DNA of 64,000 nt from Longimicrobiales bacterium (GTDB taxonomy: Bacteria > Gemmatimonadota > Gemmatimonadetes > Longimicrobiales > Gaopeijiaceae), in assembly GCA_965219445.1 (NCBI GenBank), contig CBDCNQ010000005.1, positions 1,344,001 to 1,408,000 of the forward strand, read 5' to 3'. Below the pieces are notes generated by a model. It ran no database searches. It had not been told where the DNA came from and saw only the letters and a list, made by a program, of their open reading frames with translations. Below are positions 30,927 through 38,861 of this stretch, piece after piece (position 1 is the first letter of the stretch; the number at the start of each line of letters is the position of its first letter). The position numbers and the translations under genes are program-made.

Positions 30927-31826
30927 CTATTCCCCGATCTGGAACCCGGCAAGATTCTCGAGCGCTTTCGCCAGTCCATGATTCCCCTCTCTTCCCAACC
31001 CCGCCTTTTGAAGCGTCCGGTACAGCTGAAACACGGTACCGGTGCCGAGCAGCGGCACGCCCATTTCGTCCGCAGCCTCGAGCGCGAGCCGTAGATCCTT
31101 TTGTTGGAGGTCGATCATGAACCCAGGTCTCCAGTCCCTCGCTACCACCTGCGGACCTCGGTTCGCAAGCATCCAACTTCCTGCGGCACCGCCTGTGATC
31201 GCATCCAAGGTTTTCTCCAAATCGACCCCGGCTGCCTGCGCAAAGAGCAGGCCTTCGGCCGCAGCGAGCATATTCACAACCACGACGATTTGATTCACCA
31301 GCTTCACTGTCTGACCTGCACCGATGGGACCGACGTGCGTGATGGTCTTCCCCATGGCCTCAAACGCGGGCATGGCTCGCGCGACGTGTTCGGGAGCGCC
31401 CCCGACCATGATGCTTAGCGTTCCCTTGGCGGCACCCTCGCTTCCGCCGCTGATCGGCGCGTCCAACATCTGAACGTCGGAGTCGAGAAGCTGCGCCGCG
31501 ATGTCTCGGGTCACGCTCGGGCTGATCGTACTCATGTCGACAACCAGCGATCCAGGGTCCGATCCGGCCAAGACACCCCGATCACCTAGGATGACCGCCT
31601 CGACGTCAGGTGTGTCGCTCACACACGTGATCGCGATGTCCGTTTGAGCAGCCACATCCGCAGGATCCGATCCCGCTTCGGCCCCGGCGTTGACGAGTCC
31701 GGTCATTCTCTCGGCGGTCCGGTTCCAAACCCTGACGCGGAACCCGGCTTCGAGAAGATTCTGAACCATGCCTCGGCCCATGATCCCTAGGCCGATGAAG
31801 CCGATCGATTCGTGCGGTGAATTCAT
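30927..31826 (-). CDS. 2-hydroxy-3-oxopropionate reductase / 3-hydroxyisobutyrate dehydrogenase family
   Basis: IGFIGLGIMG, DAPISGG, KLVNQ, KDL. Confidence 0.9.
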   Translation of the reverse strand: MNSPHESIGFIGLGIMGRGMVQNLLEAGFRVRVWNRTAERMTGLVNAGAEAGSDPADVAAQTDIAITCVSDTPDVEAVILGDRGVLAGSDPGSLVVDMSTISPSVTRDIAAQLLDSDVQMLDAPISGGSEGAAKGTLSIMVGGAPEHVARAMPAFEAMGKTITHVGPIGAGQTVKLVNQIVVVVNMLAAAEGLLFAQAAGVDLEKTLDAITGGAAGSWMLANRGPQVVARDWRPGFMIDLQQKDLRLALEAADEMGVPLLGTGTVFQLYRTLQKAGLGREGNHGLAKALENLAGFQIGE

Positions 31827-31932
31827 CGAGACTCCTCTCTGGCTGAACGCCCTCTCAGATATCGAAGGCTCAACATGCGCAGAGGAGCCATTTGCGCAAC
31901 CTTGCGCTTGGCTACGAACTTTTCTGGTCGCG

Positions 31933-32354
31933 CTAGTCCCCCTCTACCACGCCTGGGTCCAGGTGGCCCCCCAGGGTGAGGCGGAAATCACGTCCCCCAT
32001 GGGCGCTCGCGTCATGGTAGCGCCGGGTCATCCGATCGAGCACTTCCCGGATCGACTTGGCGAACTCTCCCTCCTCGTCGGGCGACCGAAACCGGATATG
32101 GGCCTCGAGGCTGAGAGTTGGAAGACGTTCCGCCACACCCTGGTCCGGTTCTAGGAGTTCGGCCAAGTCACTCAGGGTTCGATTCGCTGCTGCGACCAAG
32201 TCCTCAGTGGAGTATGAGAGTCTTGACTCTCCGGTGCCCGGCGCCCTTGACTCGGAATCACTTAGGATCGACGGATCGATGACGTACCGGCCGGCGGTAG
32301 CCCGAACGACTCTCTCGACGCAGTTGCCCTTACGCCGATCCTCTACATGCCGCG
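31933..32354 (-). pseudogene. Winged-helix (ArsR-like) regulator, N-terminus removed at the IS110 left end
   Basis: The frame extends upstream of the tracked ORF as HVEDRRKGNCVERVVRATAGRYVIDP (wing region) and is cut at ~32350. No N-terminal HTH was found nearby. Confidence 0.65.
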
Positions 32355-32514
32355 AGCTAGGATCAAAGGCATCATAGGGGCATGGCGACCGCTACCGGTA
32401 CCGATCAGCAGCGAAGCAGCCCGAAGACGAAGAGGCGTTCTCCTCCGGGAACGGGTGCGCGTTCATCATTGTTCGCGCAAGGAAGCAACCCACCTATCCA
32501 AGAGGAGAACGCCG

Positions 32515-33570
32515 ATGGAGAGGTATATCGGACTCGACGCACACGCGTCGAGCTGCACGCTGGGGATTGTAGGCCCCAGCGGCAAGCGCTTGGGCTCGCA
32601 GGTGGTGGAGACGAACGCGCGGGCGCTGATCGAGGTGCTGCGAGGGATTCCGAGGAACCGGCACTTATGCCTGGAAGAAGGGACGCTGTCGGGGTGGCTG
32701 TACGAGGTGCTGAAGCCGCACGTGGAGGAGCTGACGGTGGCGGGGGTCGGCAAGAGCCGGGGCCCGAAGACCGACAAGCTGGACGCGTTTGCCCTGGCGG
32801 AGAAGCTGCGGATCGGATCACTGGAGACGACGGTCTACAAGAACCGGGGCCAGTTCAGGCGGCTGGGGGAACGGGCGAAGAGCTACGACTTCTTGGTCGG
32901 CGACACGGTGCGGGTGAAGAACCGGCTCAAGAGCGTGCTGCGCTCGAGAGGAGTGGCCTACGGCGCGGGGCGCTCGGTCTACTTAAAGCGCGACCGGGAG
33001 GAGTGGTTGGCCAAGCTGCCGGAAGCGAGCAGGACGACGGCCGGGTTGCTGTACGAGGAGCACGACGCACTCGTGGCATTGAGGGCGAAGGCCGAGAAGG
33101 CGTTGCTGGCGGAAGCACGCAAGCATCGAGAGTGGCATGTGCTGAAGACGTGCCCGGGTCTGGGTCCGATCCGGACGGCGGAGCTCCTGCCGGTGGTGGT
33201 GACGCCGTACCGGTTCCAGAGCCGGAGCAGGTTCTGGGCGTACTGCGGACTGGGCGTCGTGATGCGGAGCTCGTCGGACTGGGTGCGGGGTCCGGGTGGG
33301 CGGTGGGTAAGGGAACCGGTACAGCAGACGCGGGGGCTGAATCGGAACTTCAACCACACGCTGAAGCGTGTGTTCAAGGGCGCAGCGACGACGGTGATCG
33401 GTCGGGCCGAGGACGAGCCCTTGTACCGCCACTACGAGCGACTCCTGGAGGGGGGCACGAAGCCGAATCTGGCGAAGCTGACGATCGCGCGTCAGCTCGC
33501 CTCGATCGTGCTAGCGGTGTGGCGCACGGGCGAAGCGTACGACCCCAAGAGACTGGAAGCGACGGAGTAA
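32515..33570 (+). CDS. IS110 family transposase/recombinase
   Basis: YIGLDAH, CLEEG and KTDKLDA (RuvC DEDD), then PGLGPI...FWAYCGL..VMRSS (Tnp domain with serine). GAGGAG RBS. Confidence 0.93.
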   Translation: MERYIGLDAHASSCTLGIVGPSGKRLGSQVVETNARALIEVLRGIPRNRHLCLEEGTLSGWLYEVLKPHVEELTVAGVGKSRGPKTDKLDAFALAEKLRIGSLETTVYKNRGQFRRLGERAKSYDFLVGDTVRVKNRLKSVLRSRGVAYGAGRSVYLKRDREEWLAKLPEASRTTAGLLYEEHDALVALRAKAEKALLAEARKHREWHVLKTCPGLGPIRTAELLPVVVTPYRFQSRSRFWAYCGLGVVMRSSSDWVRGPGGRWVREPVQQTRGLNRNFNHTLKRVFKGAATTVIGRAEDEPLYRHYERLLEGGTKPNLAKLTIARQLASIVLAVWRTGEAYDPKRLEATE

Positions 33571-33958
33571 ACCGGCCTGGGATCGGCGAGCGTGGGGTCG
33601 AAAGCGGTCACAACATGGGGTCCGACGAAACGGAAGCGAACCGGTTACAGGGGACAGCATCCATACACACCGTGGGCCGGGGCAGAGAGCCCAAGCCCCC
33701 ACTCAAAGGCTATGCACCCCTGGAGAGCCGAACGAAGCGATGGGCCACAGAGTCCCAGATAGAAGGATGGTTCCCGCTCCAGAGCGGAGAACGCGACGGC
33801 TGTGAACGTCTTCCGGACTGCGATGCGGACCCTGCGAGCGCACCCCTCCCCACCCTGAGTCGTCGACCGGGCAATCCAAACCATGCGGACGCCGACGGTC
33901 AAAAAATGAGCCGACGGCGCGTGGGGAAGGTGCGTCTTGACCGCCAGCCCCATAGAAG
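33571..33958 (+). ncRNA. Candidate bridge/seek RNA region in the IS110 right non-coding end
   Basis: Long ORF-free end typical of IS1111-type elements. Contains ATAGAAG (33759-65), matching the element's own end, and TACACACC (33664-71), complementary to the right flank. Boundaries unknown. Confidence 0.55.
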
Positions 33959-34248
33959 GGTGTGTAAAAAGAGAGGATATCGTGGGACCCCAGGGTGCGT
34001 CCAGCAGGCCGATGTGGGAGACGCTCGAGGGGGATGGTTAGGGAGAAGGCGCAGGAGTTCATCCAACAGATCTTGGAGGAGGAAGTCACCGAGCTGTTAG
34101 GCCGGGAGAAGTCGAAGCGAAGAGAGGCGGTGGACGCGAGCCCGGGTTACCGCAACGGGTACGGCAAGGCGCGGCGGCTGTCGATGAGTTCGGGCACGAT
34201 CACGGTGCGACGCCCCCGGGTACGGGGTCTGGAGGAACGCTTCGAGAG
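33959..34248 (+). pseudogene. IS256-family transposase N-terminal fragment
   Basis: WETLEG/MVREKAQEFIQQILEEEVTELLGR...YRNGYGKARRL..GTITVRRPRVRGLEERFES, then similarity ends. One extra G at ~34030. Confidence 0.8.
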
Positions 34249-34293
34249 TACGCCCCGTTCCTGTCAGGCTCGTCCCATCTGCCAGGTAGTTTC

Positions 34294-34680
34294 TCAGGAG
34301 AAACGAGAGCGGACCTGCCATACGTCGTAGACTTTTTTCAATTCTTCGACCCAACAACGATCTTCATCGGAAACGTCCCGCCCCAAACTCTTGGCCAGCT
34401 TAAAGAAACCACTCCCCGGTTTCCCGTCACCTCTGTGAACTACTACAGCTGTGAGCAACCCACGACTCCGTTCATCTTCATCGCTTGATATTTCGCCGAG
34501 CATCTGTGATAGGCGGGTGTCGTGAGGTTCAAAAGCGCAACTTGTAATCTGCTCCACGAGCTCCGAATACGACATGACGCCTCCGCGGGTCGCTACATCT
34601 ATCATGGCTCTGCGCGCTTGCTCCGTCGCAGCACCCCACACCTCATCGGTGAACCCGTGATCAAAGTTATCGCGTATCAT
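34294..34680 (-). CDS. Hypothetical protein (128 aa), possible winged-helix DNA-binding fold
   Basis: Clean ORF with lower GC than the host genes. MSYSEL...LGEIS...GLLTAVVV...PGSGFF pattern. Confidence 0.7.
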   Translation of the reverse strand: MIRDNFDHGFTDEVWGAATEQARRAMIDVATRGGVMSYSELVEQITSCAFEPHDTRLSQMLGEISSDEDERSRGLLTAVVVHRGDGKPGSGFFKLAKSLGRDVSDEDRCWVEELKKVYDVWQVRSRFS

Positions 34681-35085
34681 TCCACTCGACGTCCTTCGTC
34701 GCTCATGATCCCAGGCTGCGCAAACCTAGGCCGCCCGAGGTGTCGTCGCGCGCCGTGGAGGACTACTCATTCACGGACGCAGCAGCAAGAAATCCCACCG
34801 TGATCGCGACCACATGACTTACGACCAAGCGCTCGATATTGCCAGAGCCACGCTACTAAAGCATTTGGAAAATGGGCACGTCCCCAATGACCAGGATTGG
34901 TCTCGAATAGTGATGGGTGCCGAGGATTCGAACAATCCATAGCCAGCATGGCCATTGCGAGCAGCTGGTGTTGCAAACGCAATCACCCAATGGGCGCGGC
35001 CACTTGCCGTTTTAGCTCCAGGGTATTTGCGTTGCACATTTTTTTTCGCTCATCCGGAAATCGCAAACGCATTCGCGGCATCCCT

Positions 35086-35709
35086 CTACCACCGCGCGGG
35101 CTTCCGAATGTTGGTGCCCGGAATCGGGTCCGGCAGTTGCGAGCGCCGCAGGGCATTGGGCCGAACATGCCGCGCAAAGTCCGCATGCGCCATGAGCTGG
35201 CGCGACGGCCTTCCGGTTCCCGGCGTCACCAGGCCGATCCGCTTGCCGTGATGCTGCTTGACCAGGCGCATGGCCTCGGCGATGTCGCTGTCGTTGCTGA
35301 CCACCACCGCGCAATCGTAGGCGTCAAGCCAACCGTCGTTAAGCAGGTGGACGGCGAGATTGACGTCCGAGCCCTTCTCCTCGGTCCGGATCACCTCCAC
35401 CGTGCGCTGGTCCCTGGCCGGCTGCGCGAGCGGCGCGCTCACCTTGTGGCTCAGGAAATGCCCGAAATATACCTCGACCTCGGGCCGGTAGCGCCGAAGG
35501 GCACGGAGATAGACGTCCTGGCGCTGGGGTTTCGACGGGTCGGCGGGGGTGCCCGACACCCGCGCCGTGAAATACTTGACCGTCAGGATGTCGTGGTGCG
35601 GTTGCAGGACCTTCGCGAACAGCGCCGGCAGGTCGAGCCATTTCCGTGGCGTTCCCTTGAGCGCTCCATAGTAGAGATTGAAGCCGTCCACATAGACGAA
35701 GGTGCGCAT
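35086..35709 (-). CDS. NYN domain (PIN-like, LabA/DUF88) ribonuclease
   Basis: MRTFVYVDGFNLYYG, KYFTA, EEKGSDVNLA, VVVSNDSD. The conserved acidic catalytic residues are present. Confidence 0.92.
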   Translation of the reverse strand: MRTFVYVDGFNLYYGALKGTPRKWLDLPALFAKVLQPHHDILTVKYFTARVSGTPADPSKPQRQDVYLRALRRYRPEVEVYFGHFLSHKVSAPLAQPARDQRTVEVIRTEEKGSDVNLAVHLLNDGWLDAYDCAVVVSNDSDIAEAMRLVKQHHGKRIGLVTPGTGRPSRQLMAHADFARHVRPNALRRSQLPDPIPGTNIRKPARW

Positions 35710-35722
35710 CGTTGCCCGCCGT

Positions 35723-35782
35723 AAAAAGCAAGGGCCTCCGAAGAGGCCCCGCGCCCTGCGGTCGAAACCGCAAGGGGTGTTG
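35723..35782 (-). ncRNA. Putative ~60-nt structured leader / small RNA with two UUCG hairpins and a U-tract, upstream of the NYN gene
   Basis: Minus strand: AACACC-CCUUGCGGU(UUCG)ACCGCAGGG-CGCG-GGGCCUC(UUCG)GAGGCCC-UUGC-UUUUU. Confidence 0.7.
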
Positions 35783-35787
35783 CCCAC

Positions 35788-35816
35788 AGTCTAAGCGCTT
35801 GAACGATCGGGATCAA
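35788..35816 (-). promoter_or_regulatory. Sigma70-like promoter for the leader RNA and NYN gene
   Basis: TTGATC (35816-35811), 17-bp spacer, TAGACT (35793-35788). Confidence 0.7.
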
Positions 35817-35865
35817 GCCGGCCCGTTCGGGATCGGGTGGCCGCCGCCGGTGTTTCCGGAGACGC

Positions 35866-36092
35866 GCCCGCGCATTGGAAAGATGCCGGTGTCGGAGGTC
35901 ACGAGTGCCAACGTGCTGGAAATCCTTGCGCCCATCTGGCACGCGAAGGCGGAGACGGCCCGGCGGCTACGCCAGCGCATCCGCGCGGTCTTGGAATGGA
36001 CCGTGGCGATGGAGTTTCGGATCGACAACCCGTGCGACCGGATCGACCCGGTCCTGGGTCCCCAGCATGACGTCGTGCAGCACATGCGGGCC
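35866..36092 (+). pseudogene. P4-like tyrosine integrase central-domain fragment
   Basis: PRIGKMPVSEVTSANVLEILAPIWHAKAETARRLRQRIRAVLEWTVAMEFRIDNPC. Both termini are missing. Confidence 0.8.
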
Positions 36093-36393
36093 TTCCGGCG
36101 TTGGGGATCCTGCCGTCGCGCACGAGGCGGCCGAGATGGTCAGCGGAGTAGCCGCTCTCCCTGGCTGCCTCCGTCAGCGAGAGGGTGGTCTCGTCCCTCT
36201 CCCTGAGCGTGGCCTCGAGCTCGGCCGCGCAGCTTTCGAGCGCGACGGCCGGCGTCTCGCCCCCGTACCGGCGGAGCGCCTTGGCCTGCGTCCGCCAGGT
36301 GACTGGCAGGGTCTCGACGGACGCGCCGCGAGGTGTGCGCGCACGGTTGGGTCGATCTCGTCGGCCCGCCGCCCGCCCGGTCTCCGCTTTCAT
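36093..36393 (-). pseudogene. HTH/excisionase-like hypothetical protein, 3'-truncated at the integrase fragment
   Basis: LSLTEAARESGYSADHLGRLVRDGRIPNAGR HTH-like segment. It then runs into antisense integrase sequence. Confidence 0.55.
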
Positions 36394-36704
36394 TCCCAGT
36401 CGCCCTCGGCGTCTCTGCGGAGCGCTTCGGTGAGGGCCGGGTCCCCCTCGCCGCGCCGAACGGAGCGCTCGGCGAGATCGACGCGGCGTCCCAGGTCGGA
36501 GAGTCCGGCGGCTCGGGCAATGGCGTAGATCGCGGCGGCGACTGCCGCGAGCCCCAGAGCCAGATGGAACGCAACGGCAAGGCCGCAGTCGGCGAGGATC
36601 AGTGGCCAGAACGGCGCGAGATACTCGAGGCGGGATCCGGCGAGGAGGAGGCCCGAGCCTGCGAGGGCAGCGGTCAGCCCCGCGCTGATCTTCCAGGGTT
36701 GCAT
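36390..36704 (-). CDS. Hypothetical membrane protein
   Basis: Two hydrophobic segments. ATGA coupling to the downstream gene. Confidence 0.6.
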   Translation of the reverse strand: MQPWKISAGLTAALAGSGLLLAGSRLEYLAPFWPLILADCGLAVAFHLALGLAAVAAAIYAIARAAGLSDLGRRVDLAERSVRRGEGDPALTEALRRDAEGDWE

Positions 36705-36713
36705 GGGGGCGGG

Positions 36714-37595
36714 CTAGAGCTCGGGCGCGGCCGGATCCCGGTCGGCCGGACCCCGTAGGGAGGAGCCATGATCCTCGCAGCCGAGCGCCCTAAGCACCCG
36801 CGCGGCGGCCGGTCCGTTGGCGTGCAGCACGAACCCGGCGGCCACCTTGGCACGTATGGAGCGAGCCCGGTAGTTGCCCGAGGCGACCTCGATGTTGACG
36901 CGTCCGGTGCGCCCCTCGGAGTCGGTGTACTCGATCTGCGCATCCGGGTAGAGCACCCGGCCTTGGGCATCGATCGGCAAGCCGAGCTCCTCGGCCACGC
37001 GGTGCCGCTCGGCGTCGGCGGCCCGCCGGCCGTCTTTCGCCCGCGCGGACTCGCTCTTGCGTGCGACGGCGCTCTTGAACTCGCCGTCGAGCCGCACACG
37101 GCGGACGGTGGCCCCCTGCTCGATCAGGCGTTGGTGCTCCTGGCGGCAGGCCCGATAGATGGCGGTGTCGTGCGCGGCTTCGGCGGGCCGGGTACGTGCG
37201 AACCCGATCTCCTGGCCGGGATCGATTCCCCGCTCGGCGGCCAGCTTCCGGGTCTCGGCCACGCCTTTCCGCGTGAGGGTCAGCACCTTGAACGGGTTGC
37301 CGTTGGGTCCAGTGGCTCGGGTTTCTTGGGCGAGCCCTTCGCGTATCCAGGCGTTCACCGCCCGTCGCGTGGTGTAGGGATGGCCACCGAAGTGAGCCTC
37401 GGCGAGATCGCGGTACGAGACGGTGCCGTAGATGCCGATGTCGGCGAGCGCCCCACGGCACCGTTCGCGGAAGGAGGTGGACCCGCGGTCCCGGCTCGCG
37501 TCGTATTCTCGGCGATGGCCGTTCCGCATGCGTTGGTTCGCGCGGCTTTGTGGCGCGGCGGGACGCGGGTCCAATCCGATCGTGCGGTCGAACAT
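36714..37595 (-). CDS. Hypothetical protein: winged helix plus PD-(D/E)XK-like (replication-relaxation-like) domain
   Basis: AGGAG RBS. HDTAIY...YPDAQIEY...RVNIEVASGNY...KVAAGF pattern. Confidence 0.6.
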   Translation of the reverse strand: MFDRTIGLDPRPAAPQSRANQRMRNGHRREYDASRDRGSTSFRERCRGALADIGIYGTVSYRDLAEAHFGGHPYTTRRAVNAWIREGLAQETRATGPNGNPFKVLTLTRKGVAETRKLAAERGIDPGQEIGFARTRPAEAAHDTAIYRACRQEHQRLIEQGATVRRVRLDGEFKSAVARKSESARAKDGRRAADAERHRVAEELGLPIDAQGRVLYPDAQIEYTDSEGRTGRVNIEVASGNYRARSIRAKVAAGFVLHANGPAAARVLRALGCEDHGSSLRGPADRDPAAPEL

Positions 37596-37618
37596 CTCCT
37601 AGGGCTCTGTCCTTGGCC

Positions 37619-38122
37619 TCAGCGGCTGGGGCCGGAGCTCCGGTTCGGGACCGGCAGCGGAAGCTCCGGCCGGAGGGCGGGCTCTCGGGCGGGAGCGCGG
37701 GTAGCGGTCGCCGGCTCGCGCTCGGCCTGGCGATCGCGGCTCCGGGCCAGCACGAAGTCGGAGATCTTCTGCGCGTCGGCCGCGGCACGGCGGATCTCAC
37801 GGGGATCTTCTTCGAGCGCCGCGATCCAGCCCTCGTAACGTAGGCGATCCTTTGGGCGACGGAGGACCTGGCCCAGAGTGGTCCGCGCTTCACTTACTCG
37901 GGCAACGCCCGAGTCGCGATCCGAGGCGCCGTACAAGATGCCCCCGGCCTCGAACTGGTGGAGGTGGCTGTCCGTCCATCCCATCACGACTTGTAAGGAA
38001 TCGTGAAGCCGCTTCAGGGTGATCCCACTTGGTACGAGGAAGCGCCGCCAGATGGGTGGCCTCACACCACGAAGCGAAACCTTCAGCCGGAATACCGGTC
38101 CACCAGTGTCACGTATTCTCAT
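37619..38122 (-). pseudogene. In-frame chimera: pRiA4b ORF-3 family N-terminus fused to an ArdC-like zincin C-terminus
   Basis: LKVSLRGVRPPIWRRFLVP...LHDSLQVVMGWTDSHLHQF...RLRYE, followed by GWIAALEEDPREIRRAAADAQKISDFVL. Confidence 0.7.
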
Positions 38123-38191
38123 GGCACTCCTGGATGCGCGTGACGCCTTGCCACTCCGTCGTCGGCGAAGCCGGTCGGCTGCAGCGTTTTC

Positions 38192-38503
38192 TTAGACCGC
38201 GCTGTCCTGCCAGTTACCGTCATCGTACGACTGCTGTACCTCACTGAGTCGGTCAAAAAAACCGTACAGTTCCTTCTGAAGCTTGCGATCTTCGCAGTGA
38301 TTGGCTTCCGCCGCAATGTAGCCCAGCATGTCCTCGAGGTCGTCCAGGGTATAACCACCCACGTATCCCATTTTGCCGGGTATTGCTCGGAGCTGCTCCG
38401 CGTAGTCGGGATCAGCGAACGTGTGATTCAAGAGAAGCTCGCGCTCGCGAGAACTCATTCTCACCTCAATTCGATCGCCCTCGTTGATCCTCTGTCGTTT
38501 CAT
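38192..38503 (-). CDS. Hypothetical acidic protein (103 aa)
   Basis: Clean ORF, TLDDLEDMLGYIAAEANH. Co-oriented with the pRiA4b ORF-3 gene. Confidence 0.65.
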   Translation of the reverse strand: MKRQRINEGDRIEVRMSSRERELLLNHTFADPDYAEQLRAIPGKMGYVGGYTLDDLEDMLGYIAAEANHCEDRKLQKELYGFFDRLSEVQQSYDDGNWQDSAV

Positions 38504-38667
38504 ACGACTTCCGTCCGTTTTAAGAGGTCCAGGAGTTGAGCGATCACGCGGCTCGCTGGTTCATGCGGCTGCACCGGCGCACAAGCTGCGGCCCTCGCCG
38601 GCACTCCTGCAAGAGACGGTCGAGGCTCGAACTCATTCACTCAAGGGATTGGGCCCATTGCTGAGAA

Positions 38668-38861
38668 TGACCTGCCCCCAAGAGCGGTACCACATCCTAT
38701 GTTAGTCCCAGCACCTGTGGAGGGCCGTGAAGGACGGGCATCCTCAGGAACCAGGGCGACGGCTTAATCGCCTCAGGGGCCTGGGGAAAGCCGCCGCAGG
38801 CGCTGTGGGGTCGGACGGTATTGTACTCGCGCCTCCATTGCCCGACCAGCACGGCCGCCTC
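38668..38861 (-). mobile_element. IS3-family right-end remnant
   Basis: Minus-strand WRREYNTVRPHSA...GLT* (stop 38699-38697), followed by the terminus ...GGGGCAGGTCA. Confidence 0.75.

Larger units (their letters stand above)
32355..33958 (+). mobile_element. IS110-family (IS1111-like) insertion sequence
   Basis: Transposase flanked by ~160-bp left and ~390-bp right non-coding ends. AG dinucleotide at both inferred ends. Imperfect sub-terminal inverted repeat (GGGGCATGGCG / CGCCAGCCCC). Confidence 0.8.

Noticed and set aside
34025..34035. Frame change in the IS256 fragment as a programmed frameshift
   Set aside because: It is a G homopolymer indel in an already truncated gene, so mutation or sequencing error is more likely.
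32382..34100. 572-aa ORF overlapping the IS110 transposase
   Set aside because: Alternative frame of GC-rich coding DNA, Gly/Arg/Ala-rich with no motifs.
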